A DNA stretch of 64,000 bases from Waterburya sp. GTDB lineage: Bacteria; Cyanobacteriota; Cyanobacteriia; Cyanobacteriales; Xenococcaceae. Below, in pieces: positions 53,167 through 62,206 of this stretch (the first letter of the stretch is position 1; each line of letters begins with the position of its first letter). Location: the NCBI GenBank assembly GCA_965217895.1, contig CBDCJV010000002.1, forward strand, positions 2,912,001 through 2,976,000, given 5' to 3'. Under the pieces are notes generated by a model. The model was not told where the DNA came from. It ran no database searches and worked only from the letters and a program-made list of their open reading frames with translations. The position numbers and the translations under genes are program-made.

Positions 53167-54369
53167 ATGAATAATCAAGCTTTTACTCTTACTCCTGTGC
53201 CAACTGGTTCATTGAAGATTTTGGCTACATCACTATGTACTGAGATTAATTCCTCTACTCCTCTGAAATTTTCGCTGATTATTCCTTCCTATAACGAAGG
53301 TGATAACATCCAACAAATAATTATTATTCTTTGTCAACTTCTCGAACAAGCTATTCCTGGAAAATATGAGTTAATTGTAGTTGACGACAACAGCCCTGAT
53401 AAAACTTGGAAACTAGCTCAAGAATTGACACCCAAATATCCTCAGTTGAGGGTGATGCGCCGAGACAAGGAAAAAGGGCTGGCAACAGCAGTAATTAGAG
53501 GTTGGCAGGCAGCACGAGGAGAGATTTTGGGAGTAATTGACGGGGATTTGCAGCATCCTCCTGAAGTTTTACTAAAGCTATGGCAAGAAATTGAAAGGGG
53601 TGCTGATTTAGCGGTTGCTAGTCGTAATATCGAAGATGGTGGAATTAGCGATTGGAGTATTATTCGTCGTTTTCTGTCCCGTGGTGCGCAGATGGCAGGA
53701 TTAATTATGCTTCCAGAAGTAGTTAGTCGTCTTAGCGACCCGATGAGTGGCTATTTTCTGGTGCGTCGAGATGTTTTAGTCGGTCAGACCCTCAAACCAT
53801 TAGGATACAAAATATTAATTGAAGTTTTAGCCAGAGGTCGGATACGCTGGATTGGCGAAGTAGGCTATATCTTTCAAGAAAGAGAGAATGGAGCAAGTAA
53901 AGTTACCGCAAAACAGTATGCAGAATATATTCAGCATCTACTGCGCCTGCGCTTAGATTTGTGGCAGATGAAACGCTTTATTCGGTTTGGAATCTCAGGC
54001 TTTAGCGGTGTGTTTATTAATATGGGTGTTCTCTATTTGCTGCGAGAATTTGTTGGTTTAGGGTTGACTCGTAGTGCGATTTTAGCAGCAGAAGTTGCGG
54101 TCGCTAATAATTTTGTCTGGAATGATTTATGGACTTTTCAAGATATTTCCCGCAATCAAAGAGGTAATCGTCAAAGATTTCAACGATTTCTGAAATTTAA
54201 TCTAATTTGCTTATCTGGGCTAGTTTTAAATGTTCTAATTCTGAATCTACTTTACAATTTTTTGGGCATCAGTGAATATATTGCCAACCTTATGGCGATC
54301 GCCATTGTGACTTTCTGGAATTTTTGGTTAAACCTTAAACTAAGCTGGCGTGTTACGGAAATTGATTAG
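53167..54369 (+). CDS. Polyprenol-phosphate glycosyltransferase (GT2, DPM1/GtrB-like) fused to a GtrA-like domain
   Basis: IIPSYNE, VVDDNSPD, IDGDLQHPP, DPMSGYF; C-terminal RFIRFG..G..G...N and NF.WND.WTF. Confidence 0.92.
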   Translation: MNNQAFTLTPVPTGSLKILATSLCTEINSSTPLKFSLIIPSYNEGDNIQQIIIILCQLLEQAIPGKYELIVVDDNSPDKTWKLAQELTPKYPQLRVMRRDKEKGLATAVIRGWQAARGEILGVIDGDLQHPPEVLLKLWQEIERGADLAVASRNIEDGGISDWSIIRRFLSRGAQMAGLIMLPEVVSRLSDPMSGYFLVRRDVLVGQTLKPLGYKILIEVLARGRIRWIGEVGYIFQERENGASKVTAKQYAEYIQHLLRLRLDLWQMKRFIRFGISGFSGVFINMGVLYLLREFVGLGLTRSAILAAEVAVANNFVWNDLWTFQDISRNQRGNRQRFQRFLKFNLICLSGLVLNVLILNLLYNFLGISEYIANLMAIAIVTFWNFWLNLKLSWRVTEID

Positions 54370-54390
54370 GAGAGGAATTGACTAAAAATC

Positions 54391-56004
54391 ATGGTTCATA
54401 TTCAGTCAGGTTTTACTAAAACTGTTTTTAAGACAGGCATCGTGTTTGTTTTTCTTAGTTTAAGATTGTTGTTAGACAGCAACATGGATGGTCATGTTTG
54501 GAATGAAGTGGATGTTTTACCTTTAGCCAAGCAGTTTGTCGCTCCTGACTGGATAGCTAACGACTGGTATCTCAACCTAGAAACCAACTATAGATATTTG
54601 TTTCAAATTATTTTTGGCTGGTTAATAGTTCACTTTGGGTTTTTGGCAACTTCTATTATCGGACGTTTGATTTGTTATGCTCTGGTATCGTGGGGAATAG
54701 TACTGCTAGGTCAAAAACTAGGCTTGAGCTTGTCCTATCTGTTGTTAGCAACGGTGGTAATTACTTATCAAGGAAATCTCCAGGGGACAATTGCAGGGGA
54801 ATGGTTCGTTGGGGGACTTGAAGCCAAAGCTTTAGCCTATGGACTAATTCTGATTGCTCTGCCTTTGATGTTGAGCAAAAAATATATTTTAATGACCTTG
54901 TTATTAGGATTGGCTACTTCTTTTCATGTCTTAGTCGGTGGTTGGGCTTTTATCACTACATTGGGTTGGTTTTGTTTTCGTCCTCAACGTTTGTTCAAAC
55001 TCGGCAAGAATGTCTGGTTATTGTTAGTAATTTATTTAGCGGCTAGTGCCTTTGCCATTCCCACAGCTTTTCAGCAGCTTTTTGCCCCCTCCATCTCAGC
55101 AAATATTTCTCCCTCTTTTATTTATGTTTTTCTCAGACTTCCCCACCACTTAAACCCCTTTGCCTGGCATCCACTATTGTGGCTAAGATTAACAATCTAT
55201 CTTTCGATCTGGGCATTGTGTATGGTGTCTTTGCAAAAAAATGCCGATCTCCAAGGTTGGAAATCAGAAGATTATGCCCGTTTTGAACTGGCAGAATTCA
55301 CCCTAATTAGTTTGATTCCCTTTGTTACGGGAGTGGCGATCGCTTTTTTCGACCATCAAGGACAGTGGCTACAATATTATCCCTTTCGCTTCGGGGACAT
55401 GATGTTGCCTTTAACTACCTTTTTGCTCCTTGCCTGTAGTCTGCAAGCAAAATTCTCTTTTAAGAACAATAGGTTTCGGCTAATCTTGATAGCTTTATTA
55501 AGCTGTATTTTGTTGACTCAAGGAGCAATTTTTAACCAACGGGCGATCGCTTATGCAGATTTTCCCACAAGCGAACAAGATGTAGATTCTCAATTTAAGT
55601 TAATGAGTACTTGGATTGACGAGCATATTGATCGCGAGGCGATCGTTATTTCCCACCCCTGGAAACTAACTAGCTTTAGCTGGATGAGCGAACGAGCAAC
55701 TATTGTTAAGTTGAAAATGTTTCCTCAAACTAAAAAATCAATTGTGGAGTATTATGAGCGTTTGAATGACCTTAGTGCTGGGGCTGTAGCCAAAATATAT
55801 TTTGGCGATCGCAAAATAGATCAAGGGAATATGGTAAAAGCTATTAGTGCAGGTTTTTCTCACCTCAATACTTCTCAGGTGAAGCAATTGATGACTAAGT
55901 ATCAATCTAATTATTTCTTAACTGATGAGTCCCATCATTTAGATTTGCCCGTTGTTCATATCCAGGCACCTTATATTCTTTATGGACTAACTGAGGACTT
56001 TTGA
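54391..56004 (+). CDS. Polytopic membrane protein (DUF6798-like, putative GT-C fold)
   Basis: NEVDVLPLA.Q...P.WI..DWYLN loop after TM1, many TMs, LRL.HHLNP and YYPFRF.D motifs, soluble C-terminal domain. Confidence 0.75.
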   Translation: MVHIQSGFTKTVFKTGIVFVFLSLRLLLDSNMDGHVWNEVDVLPLAKQFVAPDWIANDWYLNLETNYRYLFQIIFGWLIVHFGFLATSIIGRLICYALVSWGIVLLGQKLGLSLSYLLLATVVITYQGNLQGTIAGEWFVGGLEAKALAYGLILIALPLMLSKKYILMTLLLGLATSFHVLVGGWAFITTLGWFCFRPQRLFKLGKNVWLLLVIYLAASAFAIPTAFQQLFAPSISANISPSFIYVFLRLPHHLNPFAWHPLLWLRLTIYLSIWALCMVSLQKNADLQGWKSEDYARFELAEFTLISLIPFVTGVAIAFFDHQGQWLQYYPFRFGDMMLPLTTFLLLACSLQAKFSFKNNRFRLILIALLSCILLTQGAIFNQRAIAYADFPTSEQDVDSQFKLMSTWIDEHIDREAIVISHPWKLTSFSWMSERATIVKLKMFPQTKKSIVEYYERLNDLSAGAVAKIYFGDRKIDQGNMVKAISAGFSHLNTSQVKQLMTKYQSNYFLTDESHHLDLPVVHIQAPYILYGLTEDF

Positions 56005-56018
56005 GTTATGCCAGAAAT

Positions 56019-57179
56019 CTAACCATTTGCTTGGGCTAATAATCCCCCTGCTGCCCCTAAACAAAGCAAATTTGGCAGCCAAGCAGCCAACAAAGGAGAA
56101 ACAGCTCCAGAAGTCCCTAAAGATTGGCAGATAAAAGACAAGAAATAATAAATAAAAATTAGTCCAATACAAATACCGAAACTGGTTGCTTTACCCGAAT
56201 TTTGGGGTTTAACGCCCAAAGCAGCCCCAAACAGGGCAAATACTAAACAAGCAAAAGGCACCGCAATTTTTGATTGGATACTAACTTGCAGAAGGCGAAT
56301 TTCTTTTTCATCAGCACTGTCCTTAATTATTTTTAAATACTCTCGCGCTTCAAAAATATTCATTTCATTGGTTTCCTTGCTTTTTTTGGTAATATCTAAA
56401 GCCGAGCGTGGTAATTCTAGTTTTTGGTGCTGAAAACGGATTACGTTGTTGTAGCTGCCATTTTCCCCCACCAAATAAATCGTGCCATTATTGAAATCCC
56501 AAATATTTTCCAAGACATTCCACTGAGCTGATTCTGCCGTGACAATTTGGCTTAGGGGTCTACTGGTGCGATCTAATACCGTTATGTTTTTCATTTGCTG
56601 ACCGTCAAATTCTTCAGCATAAAACAAACGGCTTAAAACCTTTCTAGTATCACCATTTTCTAGCTGAATATCTTCATACTCAGGAAACAAGATATTCTCC
56701 GTTTTAAAATTAGGTTTAGTTTCTCCCAATGCTTCATTCAGAGTTACCGACGCTTGATAGCTGCTAGCAGGAGCAATAAAATTGTTAAACATAAAGGTGA
56801 TGGCAACTACACACAAACTAAAGGCGATCGCTGGTTTAATTAGAGCATAAACACTAACTCCAATACTACGTAAGGCAATCAGTTCGCTATCACTAGAAAG
56901 ACGGCTATAACTCATCAAGGTCGCCAATAAGATCGACATAGGAAAAGCAAGCACAATAAATTCAGGCATTTTCAGAACTAGTACTTCGAGAGCAACCCCC
57001 CAAAACAATCCTGAATCCGTGACTTGGCGAATTAGTTCAAATACTGCGCCAATTGACAAGCCCAGAGCGGTAAATATCCCCATCCCAAATAAAAATGGTA
57101 AGATTAGCTCCTTGATGATGTAGAGATTTAGCACTGATAAGCTTAATTCTCTAAATGGCTTTAATACACCGATTTTCAT
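56019..57179 (-). CDS. LptF/LptG family LPS export permease
   Basis: YI.KEL..PF, LATL..Y.RLS.DSELIALRS.G, PLLAAWLPN. Confidence 0.92.
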   Translation of the reverse strand: MKIGVLKPFRELSLSVLNLYIIKELILPFLFGMGIFTALGLSIGAVFELIRQVTDSGLFWGVALEVLVLKMPEFIVLAFPMSILLATLMSYSRLSSDSELIALRSIGVSVYALIKPAIAFSLCVVAITFMFNNFIAPASSYQASVTLNEALGETKPNFKTENILFPEYEDIQLENGDTRKVLSRLFYAEEFDGQQMKNITVLDRTSRPLSQIVTAESAQWNVLENIWDFNNGTIYLVGENGSYNNVIRFQHQKLELPRSALDITKKSKETNEMNIFEAREYLKIIKDSADEKEIRLLQVSIQSKIAVPFACLVFALFGAALGVKPQNSGKATSFGICIGLIFIYYFLSFICQSLGTSGAVSPLLAAWLPNLLCLGAAGGLLAQANG

Positions 57180-57228
57180 AGATAAATTTAGACAATTATG
57201 TTTTGAATTAGCTGGCTAGTAATTAATC

Positions 57229-58866
57229 TCATTTAGATTTGACGTAGAGGATATAAGGAGATTGACGATGAGCAGTCTCCAAGTCTAAATGATGGGCAAC
57301 GTTAGTTAAAAAATAATTGGCTTTATATTTGGTCATCAAAGTTTCTACTTGAGCCACAGTCAAATGAGCGTAACCGTTTGCTAATACTTTTCTCGTTTTT
57401 TGTTTGCTTAGGCTTCCACTCTTCAGATAGGCTGATAATACACTATTGCCACTAAGATCATCCCAACGCTGGTATTGTTCCAATATTCGAGCTTTAGTTT
57501 GCGCGAAAAGTTTAAATTTGGCGATTGTAGGACGTTCGGTTAACCAGCTAAAATTATCTAGCTCAACGGGATTGGAGATAATTACGGCATTTTTAGCAGT
57601 ATTGAGTCGAATCCAATTACTCATCTCTTTCCACTCAGGAGATACATTTTGCTCTTGAGCGGGAAATTGCCCTAGAGCTAAAAAATTTTGATAAAAAGGT
57701 ATAATTTGTAAGCTCAAAGCCCAACTTATAAGTACAGTGCAGATCGTCAACTTTAGCTTGTGTTGATGTGCTAAAAGAAAATGCTCTAAAATACAGGCAA
57801 ACAGTAAACAACCAGTTAACGGCAGTATTACATCTGCAAAACGAAAAGGATAATACTGCAACCATTGCCCTTGAGAGTCAAAAAAAGCAATTACTATACC
57901 TAGAAAAAAGGGAATCAAACTGACCAATGCTAATTCCCCCAGTTCCTGACGAGCATAATCAGCTTGCTCTTGGTATTCTCCTTTATCAGCTAGCTTCTTG
58001 AGCAAGATCATACTAACCAGCAGCACTAGCAAATACAGTATAGGTTTAATCCACTGTTCACTAGACCAAGTAAAAGGATTAAGGTGATGGGATAGTCGCA
58101 GATAAACATATATATAGGATGGAGAAGGAATATCATTATTAATATTAATTGGCTTGGCAGCAGCTATTTGCTGCCAGACGGCGGGAATCGCAAAAATACT
58201 GGCAGAAATATATGCTAAAAGCAATTGAGGAATAGCTTGACTAATCTGACCCAATCTTTTGGAATAATGAAGACAAAACCAGCCTGCAATCGTCATAAAA
58301 GCCCATCCACCTACTAAAACCTGAAAAGAAGTGGCAACACCTAATAACAAAGCTGTAAATAGGTAACGTTTAGCTAATAAAAAAGCGATCGCCACCAAAA
58401 CAAAACCATAGGCAAATGCTTTAGCTTCTAGTCCTCCAACTATCCATTCCCCAGCGATTACCCCTTGTTCATAACTTTTATTAAGATAAGTAAATAAAAC
58501 AATGGCTAGCAATAAAAAAGGCAGGCTTAAACGTAGTTGTTTACCAATCAATACTAATCCTATAGCAACCAGTACGTAACAAAGCGATCGACCGATAATT
58601 GAAGCAGCTAAAAAACCCCAGTTAACAATCAACCAGCCTACTAAAGTTTGAAATAACAATCTATAGCCAGCAGCTTGATTAAGATACCAATCTCCAGGTA
58701 TCCAAGATGGATCAAAATATTGCCGAGCAAGAGGTAATACGTCAACCTCATTCAAGCCTGAGTTTCCCATATTTTTATACAAAAGCAATCTCAAACTAAG
58801 GAATACCGTAACTGCGACTATTTGCCAAAAAGTATTGAGTAGGGGTGAGGCATTTATTTTATACAT
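57229..58866 (-). CDS. Polytopic membrane protein, paralog of 54391-56004
   Basis: Same NEVDVLPLA, AGEW.VGGLEAKA.AYG, LRL.HHLNP, QWLQYYPFRF.D and ER.TI.K.K.F motifs. Confidence 0.75.
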   Translation of the reverse strand: MYKINASPLLNTFWQIVAVTVFLSLRLLLYKNMGNSGLNEVDVLPLARQYFDPSWIPGDWYLNQAAGYRLLFQTLVGWLIVNWGFLAASIIGRSLCYVLVAIGLVLIGKQLRLSLPFLLLAIVLFTYLNKSYEQGVIAGEWIVGGLEAKAFAYGFVLVAIAFLLAKRYLFTALLLGVATSFQVLVGGWAFMTIAGWFCLHYSKRLGQISQAIPQLLLAYISASIFAIPAVWQQIAAAKPININNDIPSPSYIYVYLRLSHHLNPFTWSSEQWIKPILYLLVLLVSMILLKKLADKGEYQEQADYARQELGELALVSLIPFFLGIVIAFFDSQGQWLQYYPFRFADVILPLTGCLLFACILEHFLLAHQHKLKLTICTVLISWALSLQIIPFYQNFLALGQFPAQEQNVSPEWKEMSNWIRLNTAKNAVIISNPVELDNFSWLTERPTIAKFKLFAQTKARILEQYQRWDDLSGNSVLSAYLKSGSLSKQKTRKVLANGYAHLTVAQVETLMTKYKANYFLTNVAHHLDLETAHRQSPYILYVKSK

Positions 58867-58907
58867 ACATTGTTTGTTCTCAATTCAAGCCAAAAATATC
58901 CAGCCTC

Positions 58908-58940
58908 ACCATAGATATAAAGCGTCAAGAACTTTATAAG
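58908..58940 (-). promoter_or_regulatory. Shared box, copy 3, plus -10
   Basis: CTTATAAAGTTCTTGACG-N9-TATGGT on the minus strand. Confidence 0.75.
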
Positions 58941-59099
58941 ATGCTTTCCTACTTTTGTGAATGTTCATATTTGCTAACGCAGACTGAATTGTGAGCTAGT
59001 CAAAAAATAGATTTGATGACGGTAATCCTTTACTGCAAAACACTTTTCTTGTTCAATAGTTTTGATGTGCAGTCGAAATATTAGCGATTGATGACAAAA

Positions 59100-59132
59100 C
59101 TTGCAAAGTTCTTGACATTTGTTTTTTAGATT
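59100..59132 (+). promoter_or_regulatory. Shared box, copy 4, plus -10
   Basis: CTTGCAAAGTTCTTGACA-N9-TAGATT; 25 bp identical to 53077-53101. Confidence 0.8.
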
Positions 59133-59166
59133 GGAATCGCCAACTTAAATAAACGAGGCAAAACAA

Positions 59167-60039
59167 ATGGCAAACCAACTATTGAATGTGAATGACCAAG
59201 AAACACAAGATGACTTAATGAACATGGGAGCTACTCAAGATAGCCAGAATAACGACCAAGAAACACAAGATGACATTGGTGCAGATGGCGAGATCCAAGA
59301 CGACTATCAAACAGTCGGAATTAAGGACTTAAGTGCAGATATGATCCAGAGTGCAACTGGAACTGTTTCCGCAGTTTCTGACAATGGATTTGTCCTGACG
59401 GACTCTACGGGTCAGATTCAAGTAGATACTCCAGGGAAATTGAATCTTGCGGATGGAGAACAAGTTACTGTCATTGGCGAATATTCTAATTTAGGAGGTC
59501 AGAATGTCTTTGATGGATTAGATATTACTAAAGCAGATGGAACAGTCGCTCTCAATCCTTTTGGAACTACTGATACTGGAGGGCAAAACGACATTCTCGA
59601 TGGTAATGCACAAGCAAATATGCTTGAGGGCGATTCTGGTAATGATTATATTACAGGGCGAGGTGGCAATGACAACCTTGTTGGTAATGATGGTACAGAC
59701 ATCTTATTAGGAGGAGCAGGTCAAGATATCCTGACTGGCGGCAGTGGAGCAGATCAGTTCAGCTATCAATCACTTGCAGATGGTGGCGATTCTATTAGCG
59801 ACTTTAACGCTACCGAGGATGTTATTAATGTAGGTGAAATTTTTGGCTCTACAAATTATAGTAGCCAAAACCCTTTTGCGGAATACGTGCAGCTAACACA
59901 AGTCGGTTCTAGCACTCAGGTCGGTATCGATCCTGATGGTAGTGCAGGAACAAATCCGTTCGAGGTTTTGACTACTTTAGAAAATACCACCGCTAGCAGT
60001 TTGAGTCAAGATAACTTTAATTTTAATCCTCTGGGTTAA
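59167..60039 (+). CDS. OB-fold (YgiW/YdeI-like) plus RTX Ca-binding repeats plus T1SS C-terminal target domain
   Basis: G.V......F.L.D.TG.I.V OB motif; GGxGxD nonamers; G.D.I.DF...ED.I C-terminal domain; no signal peptide. Confidence 0.8.
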   Translation: MANQLLNVNDQETQDDLMNMGATQDSQNNDQETQDDIGADGEIQDDYQTVGIKDLSADMIQSATGTVSAVSDNGFVLTDSTGQIQVDTPGKLNLADGEQVTVIGEYSNLGGQNVFDGLDITKADGTVALNPFGTTDTGGQNDILDGNAQANMLEGDSGNDYITGRGGNDNLVGNDGTDILLGGAGQDILTGGSGADQFSYQSLADGGDSISDFNATEDVINVGEIFGSTNYSSQNPFAEYVQLTQVGSSTQVGIDPDGSAGTNPFEVLTTLENTTASSLSQDNFNFNPLG

Positions 60040-60059
60040 GAAAAAAGTTTTATAACTAA

Positions 60060-60091
60060 CAGAACTTTCTTTATAAAATAAAGAAAGTTCT
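60060..60091. terminator. Hairpin between convergent genes
   Basis: CAGAACTTTCTTTAT-AAA-ATAAAGAAAGTTCTG. Confidence 0.65.
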
Positions 60092-60125
60092 GATTAAACT
60101 AAACTCACGTTACCTTCAACTCGAT

Positions 60126-60368
60126 CTACAGATTTTCAGTGCTATCGGGGGAAATTTCTTTTACTTTTCTATTTGTTTTAGCAACCTGCTGATCGGTGAT
60201 TAGATCATCTAGTTCGTTGATGTCTACACCAATTTGCTGACAGGCTTGATGTAAGTTGGCGATAAATAAATCGGTGTTTTGCTCGTATCCAGAGTTTTTG
60301 GCAGCGATCGCAATTCCTTGCTTGGCATTTGCCTTGGCACAGTCTATTAGCTCTATTCCTTGAAGCAT
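60126..60368 (-). CDS. Small conserved hypothetical protein
   Basis: L.G.ELIDCAKANA..G...AA...GY......F...L..AC..IG pattern. Confidence 0.75.
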   Translation of the reverse strand: MLQGIELIDCAKANAKQGIAIAAKNSGYEQNTDLFIANLHQACQQIGVDINELDDLITDQQVAKTNRKVKEISPDSTENL

Positions 60369-60445
60369 AATTTTTTATAGTAAAATGTTTTTACATCTTA
60401 AGCTGGCATATTAAATTGCCAATTACATCTGTCTAAAGATCTATC

Positions 60446-60847
60446 TTAATTGGTTACTGTACTTAAATCTTGAGCTACTCGAACTCGATCGCTGGCTTCG
60501 TTTTTCTCAATGTGCTTTTCTAATATGTCTAGGTTACGCATATTTGCTTTAAAGTAGGCATCAAAAATATCGCCAGCAATAGGAACAGAACCAATTGCTG
60601 TTTCTATCGCCACATTTTTGAACATCTTTAGTATTTCGCCTCGCTCTAGTCCAAAACGAGCCGCTAAATAAATCATGTAGGCGGAGATACCAGCCGAAAT
60701 CAAATCTCCTCCTCCTGGAATTAAACCCAAAATAGGATCTAAACCAAAACGAATTTTTGTACCTGGAATACCGATAGCTGTATCTAAAAGTTTGGCTATT
60801 TTACGAATCTTTTTTAGGTTTTTAAGCTGCTGAATTTTATCCATCAA
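60446..60847 (-). CDS. DUF4112 family protein
   Basis: LLD.AI.IPGT..RFGLDP.LGLIPG.GD, G..P..GD.FD..FKAN.RN. Confidence 0.9.
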   Translation of the reverse strand: MMDKIQQLKNLKKIRKIAKLLDTAIGIPGTKIRFGLDPILGLIPGGGDLISAGISAYMIYLAARFGLERGEILKMFKNVAIETAIGSVPIAGDIFDAYFKANMRNLDILEKHIEKNEASDRVRVAQDLSTVTN

Positions 60848-60928
60848 TTGCAGTACACTAGAATGTAATTCTTTTATCTTATAGCGATCGCCTTTGAGTT
60901 TCTTCTCTCTGTAGATATAAATTTTATG

Positions 60929-61110
60929 GCGTTGCTGATTTGAAGTATGAAACCGAAAAGTAATCTGTTCGTAGCTATTAGCTCTTAGAGGCTTTGGAAA
61001 GCCTCGCCTCTCCGAAGGAGAGTCGGCAAGCTCCAGCTTGCAGCTCTTAGCTTTTTAATTGATTTGCTCAACGAGTAAAAATTATGAATCATACCTGGAT
61101 TCAGCAACGC
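60929..61110. mobile_element. MITE-like element, second copy, with nested GC-rich insert
   Basis: GCGTTGCTGA...TCATACCTGGATTCAGCAACGC; right end identical to 28316-28337. Confidence 0.7.
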
Positions 61111-61123
61111 CAATTTTATCTAT

Positions 61124-62206
61124 CTAAGTCCAATACAAAATTTCCCCATCAGGAAAATTAGTGACAATTTGCGTTTGAATAAACTCTTTAAGTTCTGTCA
61201 TAGTATCGCGGTCATAGACATATTTAACACCACCAAACTTATTACGCTTTTGAATGCGCTCGGCTGCTTCTAAATCTAGTTTGCTGTTAGGATACCATGT
61301 CTGCAAAACCTCTTTTGATTTAGGGGTAAAGCGATGAGTAATTAGTTCAAAAGTAAGATCGCATTCAAAATCCAAAGCCTGACGAATTTTAGCAAACAAG
61401 TTCTCATAATGCTGCTGCCAATCGGCAACGATCATAATCGGCGCAACGACAACGCCTACGGGATAACCGCTCAAAGCTAGCTTTCGTAGTCCCTGTAGCC
61501 TTTCTTCTACGGTAGCCGTACCTCCCTCCATAAAACGACTTACAGGATCGGCATTGACGCTAACACGACAGCGAGTATGCCCATTATGAGGTAAATCTAA
61601 GAGCCGATCGACATGATCGAACTTGGTTACCCAACGTAGATAAGCAGATTTCCTCGTGCCGAAATAGCGAATACATTCAGCTAAACTACCAGTCAAGTGT
61701 TCTATGCCTAAAGGATCTGTATAACAGCTAACTTCATAGGTTGTATCTTCCTCTTCTTTTTCGTAATTGCTTAAATTCGCGAGAATTTGGGGCAAATTTC
61801 CATAAGCCTTAACGACAGGAACACCTGACAAACTTCCTGCCAGATAACAATACTGACAGTGAGCAGGACAACCTTGTGCCAAATGAAATTGCCAATCAGC
61901 CGATGGCGGAATCGGAGTAAGTTTAAGTTGGCTGGGTGGTGCGTTAACTATAGCTAAAGTATTTTTGGCGATCGCATAAGTCTCTTTTTCAGTCTTACCA
62001 CGCAATCCCGTGATTCTGTTTTGAGATAGCTTTTTGACAGGAATACCCAAAGCTTCAACCCTGGCAATAATTTGTTGTCCCCAAGGTTGAGAATCGGCAG
62101 CAGGAGTTACTAATACTTGCTTTGGCAGCCAAAGTTTAGTCTTAGAAGAAACAGTACCGTTAGATTGCGTAGAATCGATTGGTGTTGAAATAGCAGGTTT
62201 GTTCAT
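61124..62206 (-). CDS. Spore photoproduct lyase family radical SAM protein
   Basis: GCPAHCQYCYL (CxxxCxxC), SCYTDPL.IEHLTGSL, ELITHRFT, KFGG.KYVY. Confidence 0.88.
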   Translation of the reverse strand: MNKPAISTPIDSTQSNGTVSSKTKLWLPKQVLVTPAADSQPWGQQIIARVEALGIPVKKLSQNRITGLRGKTEKETYAIAKNTLAIVNAPPSQLKLTPIPPSADWQFHLAQGCPAHCQYCYLAGSLSGVPVVKAYGNLPQILANLSNYEKEEEDTTYEVSCYTDPLGIEHLTGSLAECIRYFGTRKSAYLRWVTKFDHVDRLLDLPHNGHTRCRVSVNADPVSRFMEGGTATVEERLQGLRKLALSGYPVGVVVAPIMIVADWQQHYENLFAKIRQALDFECDLTFELITHRFTPKSKEVLQTWYPNSKLDLEAAERIQKRNKFGGVKYVYDRDTMTELKEFIQTQIVTNFPDGEILYWT

